Assembly: GCA_965204745.1 (NCBI GenBank)
Contig: OZ242010.1
Span: 160,001-224,000 of the forward strand
Direction of reading: 5' to 3'
From: Candidatus Latescibacterota bacterium
Lineage (GTDB): Bacteria > Latescibacterota > UBA2968
Length of the DNA stretch: 64,000 nucleotides
Positions 1 to 11,500 of this stretch are shown piece after piece; position 1 is the first letter of the stretch; each line of letters begins with the position of its first letter. Under the pieces are notes generated by a model. It was not told where the DNA came from, did not search any database, and saw nothing but the letters and a program-made list of their open reading frames with translations. The position numbers and the translations under genes are program-made.

Positions 1-256
1 TGAGCAACCATTCCACGGGATGGCCCTCTTGCAAGGCCCAAAACGCAATGCCGTAGGCTTTGAGGTGATCGGTTTGCGTCACATCCATCGGGATGAGCAC
101 CTTGCCGACATTGACCTGCCCCCCACCAATCGCCGCCGTGCAAACAGAGGATAGGGTCAAGATGAGGAAGAGGGAAGAGGCAAGAGGTGAGAGGGAAGAG
201 GCAAGAGGTGAGAGGGAAGAGGAGAGACGGGAGAGGGAAGAGGCAAGTTTAGCCAC
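1..256 (-). CDS. 5' part of a secreted protein of the family often labelled 'asparagine synthetase B' in Bacteroidota-like genomes (runs off left edge)
   Basis: Hand translation of minus strand from GTG 256: VAKLASSLSRLSSSLSPLASSLSPLASSLFLILTLSSVCTAAIGGGQVNVGKVLIPMDVTQTDHLKAYGIAFWALQEGHPVEWLL; LIPMD..Q..HLKAYG.A.W....V.WLL is the family motif as I recall it. Start codon uncertain; not in the ORF track. Confidence 0.6.
   Translation of the reverse strand, partial: MAKLASSLSRLSSSLSPLASSLSPLASSLFLILTLSSVCTAAIGGGQVNVGKVLIPMDVTQTDHLKAYGIAFWALQEGHPVEWLL
166..246. repeat. Heptameric tandem repeat (GGAAGAG/GCAAGAG/GTGAGAG variants)
   Basis: Consecutive 7-mers visible directly, with a 21-bp super-period. 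Confidence 0.85.
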
Positions 257-550
257 GAGCGGGGTACAACTGGGCGACAGCCAGTTCAAAGGCACAAAAG
301 GCACAAAAGCCACAAGCGGGGTACAACTGGGCGACAGCCAGTTCAAAGGCGAGCAGGGTGGGTAGGGGCGATGCCCTCGCGCTCGACCAAAGATACGAGA
401 GGGAAGACGGGAGTTTAGCCACAACAGGCACAAAAGGCACAAGAGGCGAGCAGGGTGGGTAGGGGCGATGCCCCCGTGCTCGCCCAAAGATACGAGATGG
501 GAAAGGCGAGACATCCGCCCACCGTCACTCCGGCGAAAGCCAGAATCCAG
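247..550. repeat. Composite intergenic repeat cluster with GTAG-type REP-like palindromes
   Basis: AGCGGGGTACAACTGGGCGACAGCCAGTTCAAAGGC twice (58-bp period); AGGCGAGCAGGGTGGGTAGGGGCGATGCCC..AAAGATACGAGA twice; GTCACTCCGGCGAAAGCCAGAATCCAG palindrome at ~523-549. Confidence 0.7.
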
Positions 551-687
551 TGATTTTTTGATTTTTCGCCGTGTCCGTCCGTCTTTGTGGGTGGTTATCT
601 GTGATTGCATTCTTGGGCCTCCGTGTCATTATGGATCGCGGATTTTCGCGGATTAGGGGATTGCGCGGATTACCTCCCCCAACCCCT

Positions 688-799
688 CTTGCTTCTCACG
701 TCTTGCTTCTCACGTCTTGCCTCTCACGTCTTGCTTCTCACGTCTTGCCTCTCACGTCTTGCTTCTCACGTCTTGCTTCTCACGTCTTGCTTCTCACGC
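688..799. repeat. Heptameric tandem repeat (CTTGCYT-CTCACGT)x8
   Basis: 16 consecutive heptamers; the last contains the rqcH stop codon. Confidence 0.95.
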
Positions 800-2524
800 C
801 TTTTGATTCGCATCTTCGCGCGTGAGTTCGCGGGGGGCGACCATCAGGGTTTTTTCATTGCGGATTGTGACCAAACCCGGGCGCGCGCCTCGGGGCTTTT
901 GCACATAGCGCACTTCCGTGTGGTTGACCGGCACGCTCTTGGCCCCGCGCGCTTTGCTCCAGTACGCGGCGAGTGCGGCGGCTTCTTTCAGGGTCTTGCG
1001 AGAGGGGCGGTCCGCTCTGCCATCGCGCTTGAGGATGACGTGCGAGCCCGGGCATCCGTGAACGTGCAGGAAAATGTCGTCTCGTGCCGAGCGTTTGGTC
1101 AACCGGTCGTTTTCCGCATTGTTCCGCCCCACGAGCACGCGCCAGCCATCTCGCGTGCGATACCGCCTGGGGTGAATGTCCCCAGGCTGGCGTTTGGACT
1201 GGGCGGGCGGTCTCTTTTTTGGTTTTCTGATTAGGCGGGCGTCTTCCAATTCCCGGCGCAGGGAGTCGAGTTCATCTTCGGATTGCACGGCATTGAACCG
1301 GTCGAGGTAATGCTGGATTTTGTCCTTCTCCTGTCGGGCGATCTCGAGGCGTTTGCCGAGGATGGGCGCGCCTGTTCGCGCTTTTCGCGCCCGTTTGAGA
1401 TAGTCGCTGGCATTTTCTGAGGGCGTGCGCCGCGGGTTGAGGGGAATGACCATCTCTGCGCTAGCCGGGTCGAACAAGTCGGGCAGGGTGATGGCTTCGA
1501 CATAGAGGGGGATTTGCGCGAGGTGGCACATCAGCAAGTTGCCCATTCTTTCGTACTGATCCGCGCGGCCCGCGTCGGTTATGTCCTCGCGGATGCGGGT
1601 GATTTTGCGCTCTGTGGTGGTCAGGCGGTTTTGCAGGTCTTTTGCCAAATTCTTCTGCTGCCCTTGACGCGCTTCTGCCTGCACTTCTCTCGCAGCGACA
1701 TCCGCGATGGCTCGGCTCAAGGTTGAATACGTCTGCTCGGCCTGCGTGTGTTGAAGGGACAGGGCGCATACCGCGTCCCGATTGTCCATGTCGCGCACGC
1801 GCATGCCCCCGGCGCAAAAGGGCGGCGTTTTGAAAAAGGTGCTAATGGTTTGGGCAAACGCGCCGAGGTCGTCGGGCAAGAGCGGCTGTTTGTCCATCAG
1901 TCCGGCGAGATGGAGCACTTCGCAAGCCGATACCGGGTCGATCCCTGCGATGCGTTGTACCAGCGCGTTGGCGCGGGCGTCTTCGGGGCAATCGGTCAAA
2001 AAGGTGAGGGATTGCGCGGTCAGGGTTTCGGGCGGGCGGCGGTCGAGCGCGGGCGGCGGCTGATAGGTCGTCCCCGGGTAGATGGCCCGCACGCGATTTT
2101 GGCGCGCGCGCGTGGATCGCAATGCCCCGAGGATTTTGTTCGTCTCGGCGTGAACGAGAATGACATTGGCATATCGCCCGATCAATTCCACGACAATGCG
2201 GCAATCCATGGCCGTGCCAATGCGGTCGCGTTTGCGCGCGATGAGATGCACAACGCGCTCGTGGGCAACATGTTCAATGCCGATAATTCCCCCACCGCGC
2301 AAATACCGATCCGCCCAGGGCAGTTGCACGCGCCGCGCAGGCGGTTGGGCAAATACCACGCAACTCCTGTTCGGATGCGCGGACAACAAGAGATGCCCGG
2401 CATCGCCCAAGTTCAAATACAGATCGCGCTGATCCACCAAAAAGACATCGCGTATCAAACGATAGTCAATTTGCGGTCGCAACTCATCGCACAACCTGCG
2501 AAGTGTGAGGGGGCTGAGGGTCAT
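794..2524 (-). CDS. rqcH: NFACT/Rqc2 family ribosome quality-control protein (FbpA-like, DUF814 C-terminus)
   Basis: ERVV, ELIGRYANVILV, coiled coil with NASDYLKRARK, VLVGRNNAEND, FLHVHGCPGSHVI, AAYWSKAR motifs; ATG 2524 preferred over 2578. Confidence 0.9.
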   Translation of the reverse strand: MTLSPLTLRRLCDELRPQIDYRLIRDVFLVDQRDLYLNLGDAGHLLLSAHPNRSCVVFAQPPARRVQLPWADRYLRGGGIIGIEHVAHERVVHLIARKRDRIGTAMDCRIVVELIGRYANVILVHAETNKILGALRSTRARQNRVRAIYPGTTYQPPPALDRRPPETLTAQSLTFLTDCPEDARANALVQRIAGIDPVSACEVLHLAGLMDKQPLLPDDLGAFAQTISTFFKTPPFCAGGMRVRDMDNRDAVCALSLQHTQAEQTYSTLSRAIADVAAREVQAEARQGQQKNLAKDLQNRLTTTERKITRIREDITDAGRADQYERMGNLLMCHLAQIPLYVEAITLPDLFDPASAEMVIPLNPRRTPSENASDYLKRARKARTGAPILGKRLEIARQEKDKIQHYLDRFNAVQSEDELDSLRRELEDARLIRKPKKRPPAQSKRQPGDIHPRRYRTRDGWRVLVGRNNAENDRLTKRSARDDIFLHVHGCPGSHVILKRDGRADRPSRKTLKEAAALAAYWSKARGAKSVPVNHTEVRYVQKPRGARPGLVTIRNEKTLMVAPRELTREDANQKA

Positions 2525-2559
2525 AAGCGGTAAGACGGGAGAGGTAAGAAGTGAGAGGG

Positions 2560-5500
2560 CTAGGGGGGTAGGTCCCAATTCCCTATCGCAGTTGTTTCGC
2601 CTGTCGAGCCATAGATGGCGGCGAAGATGCGGAAATCGTCATAGTCAATTTGCCCATCGCCATTGAGATCGTACAGGGCGTCATATCGCTTTTGACCGAG
2701 CCGCGATTCGTACTTGACCACAAAGTTCGAGAAGTCGGCGAAATTCACAACCCCATCGCCATTGAAGTCGGGCGAGGGGAGTGAGACCTCGAGCGTGAAG
2801 GGCAGCGAGGCCGTATCGCCATCGGCTTCCAACGCGCTCAAGGTGTAGGTCGCCTGGGCCTTAGCCTCGGTCGGCAGACCGGAAAGGGTGCGCGTGGTCG
2901 GGTCAAACGATAGGCCCTCTGGGAGGAATGGCAAGAGGATATAGACCAACATCCCATCGTCATTGCTCGCTTGCGGGAGCGTTAGGGACGCGATCTCCTG
3001 ATTGACGAGATAGCTCTGTGGATCGATAGTCGTATCGCCAAAGGTCGGCATCCAATTCTGGACTTCAAGGGTGAACAGGAGATGCACTTCATCGCCATTG
3101 CCGTCTGTTGCGGTCAGCGTGTAGGTCGTCTCGTCCATGGCCTTGATCGGTGTGCCAGACGCGATGCGCGTCTCGGCGTCAAAGGTCAAGCCCTCGGGCA
3201 GATCGGGGAGTAGCGCGTAGGTCAGCGGTTTATCGCCACCGGTTGCCGGCGGTAGGGTCAAGGGATCGATCTTTTGATATTGCACATAGCCCTGTGCGGC
3301 GACGGTCGTCTCGCCGAAGGTCGGTATCGGATCGGTCATTACAGAGAGGATGAACATCAAGGTCGCCTCGTCGCCATTTCTGTCTGTTGCGGTCAGCGTA
3401 TAGGTCGTGTCGGCTATCGCCTCGAGCGGCGTGCCAGACAGCACCCGCGTCTTTTTATCGAAACTCAAGCCCTCGGGCAGATCCGGGGTCAGCGCGTAGG
3501 TCAGTGGTTTATCGCCACCGGTCGCTTGTGGGAGCGTCAGGGACTCGATCTCTTGCTTTCGCATATAGGCTTGGGCGGCCACACTCGCATCGCCAAAAGA
3601 GGGTATCGGGTTCGCGATGACGGTGAGGAAGAAACTCAGGCCGGCCTCATCGCCATCTTCTTCTGTGGCGGTTAGGGTGTAGATCGCTTTTTTTATTGCC
3701 TTAAGTGGTGTGCCAGACACAGTGAGCGTCTCCGCGTCAAAGGTCAAGCCCTCGGGCAGATCCGGCAGGCTGTACGTTAATGTTCTCATCGTCTCATCGC
3801 CATATAGCACCGCGGCGGGCAGGGTCAGCGGTTTAATGGCCCTGTGTTGATAGTAGCTTTGCGGATCAACGGCATCGGTGAAGGTCAGTTCCGTATCCGG
3901 TTCTGGTTCTGGCTCGGGTTCTGGCTCTGGCTCGGGTTCTGGTTCTGGCTCGGGTTCTGGAGTAGCGGGCCTCTCGGGGGGATCGTCTTCCTCAATGGTT
4001 AGGGTCACGGGAGACGCTAGCGACGCCAGATTGCCACCCGTCACCGTTGCAGACACGGTCACGCGCTTGTCAGGCTCATTGAACGAGTTGTCCACGGCTG
4101 TGATCGTCACGGTGCCCGTGCTCGTCGTTTGCCCCGCCGCGACGGTCAGCGTGGTCGTGGTCGATAGCGTGAAGTCATCCACAGACGATTCAGCCTCAGT
4201 TGAGACAGTGATCGTCGTCGCTTCGGTTGCGGGCCGATCTAGCGTCGCCGTTACTGTCGAAACTCCGCCATTCTCCGTAATCGCCACCGGAGACAAAACC
4301 AACGTCACCTGCGGCACGTCGTCATCGGTAATCGTCAGCGTCGCAGAAGTGACCGATCCCGCGCCCTGGCTGTTGGATGGCGTGCCCGTCACGGTTACCG
4401 TCTTGCTCCCCGAAGCGATATTGTTGTTCACTGTCGTGATCGTCACGATGCCCGTGCTCGTCGTTTGCCCGGCCGCGACGGTCAGCGTGGTCGCCGTGCT
4501 CAGAGTGTAGTCGGATGATGTAGGCACGGAAACCGCGATCGTCGTCGCCTCGCTCGACGGGTGAGACAGCGTCGCTGTCACTGTCGAAACCCCGCCGTTC
4601 TCCGAAATCGACGCAGGCGACACAACCATCGTCACGGCCGGCGCAACATCGTCGTCCGTCAGCGTCAAAGAGCCCCCGGTCACACTGCCCGCGCCTTGGT
4701 CGTTGCGCGCCACACCGGTCACGACCACGTTGCGTGGAGGCGCGTCTCGGTTGTTGTCCACGGACGTGATGATCACCGTGTCCGCAGTGTTCGCAGTTTG
4801 CCCGGCCGCGATGGCAATCGTCGAATCCGTCGCCCCCACCGTGTAAGCACCAGGCACCGAGCGCACCGTGATCGTCGTGATCGCGCTCGACTTGTGAGAC
4901 AGCGTCGCCGTGATCGTCGAGACCGCGCCGTTCTCTGAAATCGACGAAGGATCCGGCGTCAACATCACCGTCGGTGGATCGTCGTCATCTGTGATCGTCA
5001 GGGGCTCGGAAGACGATAGCGACGCCAGATTGCCAGCCGCCACCGTTGCAGACACGGTCACGCGCTTGTTCGGCGCATCGGTCGTATCGTTCACCGCCGT
5101 GATCGTCACGGTACCGGTGCTCGTCGTCACACTCGCCGCGATAGTCAGCGTGGTCGTGGCCGATAACGTGAAGTCACCCGCAACCGCAGGCGACACAGCC
5201 AGTGCTGAAACCGTGATCGTCGTCGCCGCGGTCGCAGTGCGATCCAGCGTCGCTGTGATCGTGGAAACCCCGCCATTCTCCGAAATCGACGACGGAGACA
5301 AAACCAACATCACCTGCGCCACGTCGTCATCGGTAATCGTCAGCGTCGCAGGAGTGACCGACGACCCTACGCCCACGCTGTTGGATGGCGTGCCCGTCAC
5401 GGTCACCGTCTTGCTCCCCGAAGCGATATTGTTGTTCACCGTCGTGATCGTCACGGTGCCCGTGCTCGTCGTTTGCCCGGCCGAGACGGTCAGCGTGGTC

Positions 5501-8500
5501 GCCGTGCTCAATGTGTAGTCGGATGACGTAGGCACGGAAACCGTAATCGTCGTCGCCGCGCTCGATGGGCGATTCAGCGTCGCCGTCACAGTTGAAACCT
5601 CAATGTTCTCCGAAATTGACGACGGAGACACTGCCATCGTCACGTCCGGCGCGGCCTCATCCTCTGTGATCGTCAAAGTCGCGGCGGTCACATTGCCCGC
5701 GCCTTGGGCGTTGCCCGCCACACCGGACACGGTCACACGCTTGTCACGCGCATGGGTCGTGTTGTTCACGGCCGTGATCGTCACACTGCCCGTGCTCGTC
5801 GTCTCGCCCGCCGCGACGGTCAGCGTCTTCGTGGTCGATAGCGTGAAATCGCCCGCAACCGCAGGCGACACAGCCTCTGCTGATACCGTGATCGTCGTCG
5901 CCGCGCTTGACTTGTGAGACAGCGTCGCCGTGATCGTGGAAACGCCGCTCGCCTCTGAAATCGACGCGGGCGACAGCGATAGTGCCACCGTCGGCGCGGC
6001 ATCATCGTCGGTGATCGTCAGGGTCACATCAGACGGGGCAGACGCCAGATTGCCAGCCGCCACCGTTGCAGACACGGTCACGCGCTTATTCGGCGCATCG
6101 GTCGTATCGTTCACCGAGGTGATCGTCACGGTGCCCGTGCTCGTCGTCACACTCGCCGCGATAGTCAGCGTGGTCGTGGCCGATAGCGTGAAATCGCCCG
6201 CAACCGCAGGCGACACAGCCTCCGCTGAAACCGTGATCGTCGTCGCCGTGGTCGCGGGGCGATTTAGCGTCGCCGTTACGGTCGAAACCTTAGCATTTTC
6301 AGAAATCGACGCAGGAGACAAAACCAACGTCACCTGTGCCACGTCGTCATCGGTAATCGTCAGCGTCGCATCCGTGACCGATCCCGTGCCCACGCTGTTG
6401 GATGGCGTGCCCGTCACGGTCACCATCCTGTCCCCCGAAGCGTTGTTGTTGTCCACCGTCGTGATGACCACCATGTCCGACGCGTTCGCCGTTTGCCCGG
6501 CCGCGATGACAATCGTCGAATCCGTCGCCCCCACCGTGTAAGCACCAGGCACCGAGCGCACGGTGATCGTCGTCGCCGCGCTCGATGGGCGATTCAGCGT
6601 CGCCGTCACGGTTGAAACCTCGCCAGTCTCCGCAATCGACGTCGGGGACACTGCTATCGTCACGGCCGGCGCGGCCTCATCCTCTGTGATCGTCAACGCC
6701 GTGCCGGTCACACTACTGCCCACGCCTTGGTCATTACGTGGCACAACGGACACGGTCACACTGTTGTCCGGCGCATGGGTCGTGTTGTCCACTGCTGTGA
6801 TGAGCACCGTATCAGACGTGTTCGCCGTTTGCCCGGCCGCGATGACAATCGTCGAATCCGTAGCACCCACCGTGTAAGTACCAGGCACCGAGCGCACGGT
6901 GATCGTCGTCGCTTCGCTCGACTTGTGAGACAAGGTCGCCGTGATCGTGGAAACGCCGCTCGCCTCTGAAATTGACGCGGGCGATAGCGACAGGGCCACC
7001 GTCGGCGCGTCATCATCGTCGGTGATCGTCAGGGTCACGTCAGACGGGGCCGACGCCAGATTGCCAACCGCCACCGTTGCAGACACGGTTACGCGCTTGT
7101 TCGGCGCATCGGTCGTATCGTTCACCGAGGTGATCGTCACGGTACCGGTGCTCGTCGTCACACTCGCCGCGATAGTCAGCGTGGTCGTGGCCGATAGCGT
7201 GAAGTCACCCGCAACCGCAGGCGATACAGCCTCCGCTGAAACCGTGATCGTCGTCGCATCGGTCGCGGGGCGATCCAGCGTCGCTGTGATCGTGGAAACC
7301 CCGCCATTCTCCGAAATCGACGTCGGAGACAAAACCAACGTCACCTGCGCCACGTCGTCATCGGTAATCGTCAGCGTCGCATCCGTGACCGATCCCGTGC
7401 CCACGCTGTTGGATGGCGTGCCCGTCACGCTCACCATCCTGTCCCCCGAAGCGTTGTTGTTGTCCACCGTCGTGATGATCACCGTGTCCGATGTGTTCGC
7501 CGTTTGCCCGGCCGCGATGACAATCGTCGAATCCGTAGCCCCCACCGTGTAAGCACCAGGCACCGAGCGCACGGTGATCGTCGTCGCCGCGCTCGATGGG
7601 CGATTCAGCGTCGCCGTCACGGTTGAAACCGCGACGTTCTCCGAAATTGACGACGGTGACACCGCCATCGTCACGTCCGGCGGGGCCTCATCCTCTGTGA
7701 TCGTCAAAGTCGCGTCGGGCACATTGCCCACGCCTTGGGCATTGCCCGCCACACCGGATACGGTCACGCGCTTGTTCGGCGCATGGGTCGTGTTGTTCAC
7801 CGCCGTGATCGTCACACTGCCCGTGCTCGTCGTCTCGCCTGCCGCGAAGGTCAGTGTCTTCGTGGTCGATAGCGTGAAATCGCCCGCAACCGCAGGCGAT
7901 ACAGCCTCCGCTGATACCGTGATCGTCGTCGCCGCGCTCGATTCGTGAGACAAGGTCGCCGTGATCGTGGAAATGCCGCTCGCCTCTGAAATCGACGCGG
8001 GCGACAGCGACAGCGCCACCGTCGGCGCGGCATCATCGTCTGTGATCATCAGGGTCACATCAGACGGGGCCGACGCCATATTGCCACCCGCCGCCGTTCC
8101 GGACACGGTTACGCGCTTGTCCGGCGCATCGGTCGTATCATTCACCGATGTGATCGTCACGGTACCCGTGCTCGCCGTCGCATTCGCCGCAATCGTCAGC
8201 GTGGTCGCGGCCGATAGCGTGAAGTCACCCGCAACCGCAGGCGATACAGCCTCCGCTGAAACCGTGATCGTCGTCGCCGTGGTCGCGGGGCGATTTAGCG
8301 TCGCCGTTACGGTCGAAACCTCGGCATTTTCAGAAATCGACGTCGGAGACAAAACCAACGTCGCCTGTGCCACGTCGTCATCGGTAATCGTCAGCGTCGC
8401 ATCAGTGACCGACGACCCTACGCCCACGCTGTTAGTTGGCGTGCCCGTCACGGTTACCGTCTTGTCCCCCGAAGCGATGTTGTTGTTCACCGTCGTGATC

Positions 8501-11500
8501 GTCACGCTGCCGGTGCTCGTCGTTTGCCCGGCCGCGACGGTCAGCGTCTTCGCCGTGCTCAGCATGTAATCGCCTACAACCGCAGGTGACACAGGCGTTA
8601 CCGAAACCGTGATCGTCGTCGCCGCGCTCGATGGGCGATTCAGCGTCGCCGTCACGGTTGAAACTGCGACGTTCTCCGAAATTGACGTAGGTGCCACCGC
8701 CATCGTTACGTCCGGCGCGGCCTCATCCTCTGAGATCGTCAAAGTCGCGTCGGGCACATTGCCCACGCCTTGGGCATTGCCCGCCGCACCGGATACGGTC
8801 ACGCGCTTGTTCGGCGCATGGGTCGTGTTGTTCACCGCCGTGATCGTCACACTGCCCGTGCTCGTCGTCTCGCCTGCCGCGAAGGTCAGTGTCTTCGTGT
8901 TCGATAGCGTGAAATCGCCCGCAACCGCAGGCGATACAGCCTCCGCTGATACCGTGATCGTCGTCGCTTCGCTCGACTTGTGAGACAAGGTCGCCGTGAT
9001 CGTGGAAATGCCGCTCGCCTCCGAAATCGACGCGGGCGACAGCGATAGTGCCACCGTCGGCGCGGCCTCATCGTCGGTGATCGTCAGCGTCACATCAGAC
9101 GGGGCAGACGCCAGATTGCCAGCCGCCACCGTTCCGGACACGGTCACGCGCTTGTTGGGCGCATCGGTCGTATCATTCACCGATGTGATCGTCACGCTAC
9201 CCGTGCTCGTCGTCACACTCGCCGCGATAGTCAGCGTGGTCGTGGCCGATAGCGTGAAGTCACCCGCAACCGCAGGCGATACAGCCTCCGCTGAAACCGT
9301 GATCGTCGTCGCCGTGGTCGCGGGGCGATTTAGCGTCGCCGTTACGGTCGAAACCTTGGCATTTTCAGAAATCGACGCAGGAGACAAAACCAACGTCACC
9401 TTTGCCACGTCGTCATCGGTAATCGTCAGCGTCGCAGCCGTGACCGATCCCGTGCCCACGCTGTTGGATGGCGTGCCCGTCACGGTCGCCATCCTGTCCC
9501 CCGAAGCGATGTTGTTGTCCGCCGTCGTGATGACCACCGTGTCCGATGTGTTCGCCGTTTGCCCGGCCGCGATGACAATCGTCGAATCCATCCCCACCGT
9601 GTAAGCACCGGTCACGGGCCGCACGGTGATCGTCGTCGCCGCGCTTGATGGGCGATTCAGCGTCGCTGTCACGGTTGAAACCGCGCCATTCTCAGAAATT
9701 GACGTAGGCACCACTGCCATCGTCACGTCCGGCGGGTCCTCATCCTCTGTGATCGTCAACGCCGTGCCGGTCACACTACTGCCCACGCCTTGGTCGTTGC
9801 TCACCTCAACGGGCACGGTCACACTGTTGTTCGGCGCATGGGTCGTGTTGTCCACTGCTGTGATGAGCACCGTGTCCGTCGCGTTCGCCGTTTGCCCGGC
9901 CGCGATGACAATCGTCGAATCCGTCGCCCCCACCGTGTAAGCACCAGGCACCGAGCGCACGGTGATCGTCGTGATCTCGCTCGACTTGTGAGACAAGGTC
10001 GCCGTGATCGTGGAAACGCCGCTCGCCTCTGAAATCGACGCGGGCGATAGCGTCAGTGCCACCGTCGGCGCGGCCTCATCGTCGGTGATCGTCAGCGTCA
10101 CGTCAGACGGGGCCGACGCCAGATTGCCAGCCGCCACCGTTCCGGACACGGTCACGCGCTTGTTCGGCGCATCGGTCGTATCATTCACCGATGTGATCGT
10201 CACGGTACCGGTGCTCGCCGTCGCATTCGCCGCAATCGTCAGCGTCTTCGTGGTCGATAGCATGAAATCGCCCGCAACCGCAGGCGACACAGCCTCCGCT
10301 GAAACCGTGATCGTCGTCGCATCGGTCGCGGGGCGATTTAGTGTCGCCGTTACGGTCGAAACCTTGGCATTTTCAGAAATCGACGCCGGAGACAAAACCA
10401 ACGTCACCTGCGCCATGTCGTCATCGGTAATCGTCAGCGTCGCAGCCGTGACCGATCCCGTGCCCACGCTGTTGGATGGCGTGCCCGTCACGGTCACCAT
10501 CCTGGCCCCCGAAGCGATGGCGTTGTCCACCGTCGTGATGAGCACCGTATCCGTCGCGTTCGCCGTTTGCCCGGCCGCGATGACAATCGTCGAATCCGTC
10601 GCACCCACCGTGTAAGCACCAGGCACCGAGCGCACGGTGATCGTCGTCGCCGCGCTCGATGGGCGAGACAGCGTCGCCGTCACGGTTGAAACCGCGACGG
10701 TCTCCGAAATTGACGTAGGTGACACTGCTATCGTCACGTCCGGCGGGTCCTCATCTTCTGTGATCGTCAACGCCGTGCCGGTCACACTACTGCCCACGCC
10801 TTGGTCGTTACGTGGCACAACGGACACGGTCACACTGTTGTTAGGCGCATGAATCATGTTGTCCACTGCTGTGATGAGCACCGTGTCCGTCGCGTTCGCC
10901 GTTTGTCCGGCCGCGATGACAATCGTCGAATCCGTCGCCCCCACCGTGTAAGCCCCGGCCACCGGGCGCACGGTGATCGTCGTCGCTTCGCTCGATTCGT
11001 GAGACAGGGTCGCCGTGATCGTGGAAATGCCGCTCGCCTCCGAAATCGACGCGGGCGACAGCGACAGTGCCACCGTCGGCGCGGCATCATCGTCTGTAAT
11101 CGTCAGGGTCACGTCAGACGGGGCAGACGCCATATTGCCACCCGTCGCCGTTCCGGACACGGTTACGCGCTTGTCCGGCGCATCGGTCGTATTGTTCACC
11201 GATGTGATCGTCACGATGCCCGTGCTCGTCGTCTCACTCGCCGCAATCGTCAGCGTCTTCGCGGCCGATAGCGTGAAATCGCCCGCAACCGCAGGCGATA
11301 CAGCCTCCGCTGATACCGTGATCGTCGTCGCCTCGGTCGCGGGGCGATTTAGTGTCGCCGTTACGGTCGAAACCTTGGCATTTTCAGAAATCGACGTCGG
11401 AGACAAAACCAACGTCACCTGTGCCACGTCGTCATCGGTAATCGTCAGCGTCGCAGCCGTGACCGACGACCCTACGCCCACGCTGTTAGCTGGCGTGCCC

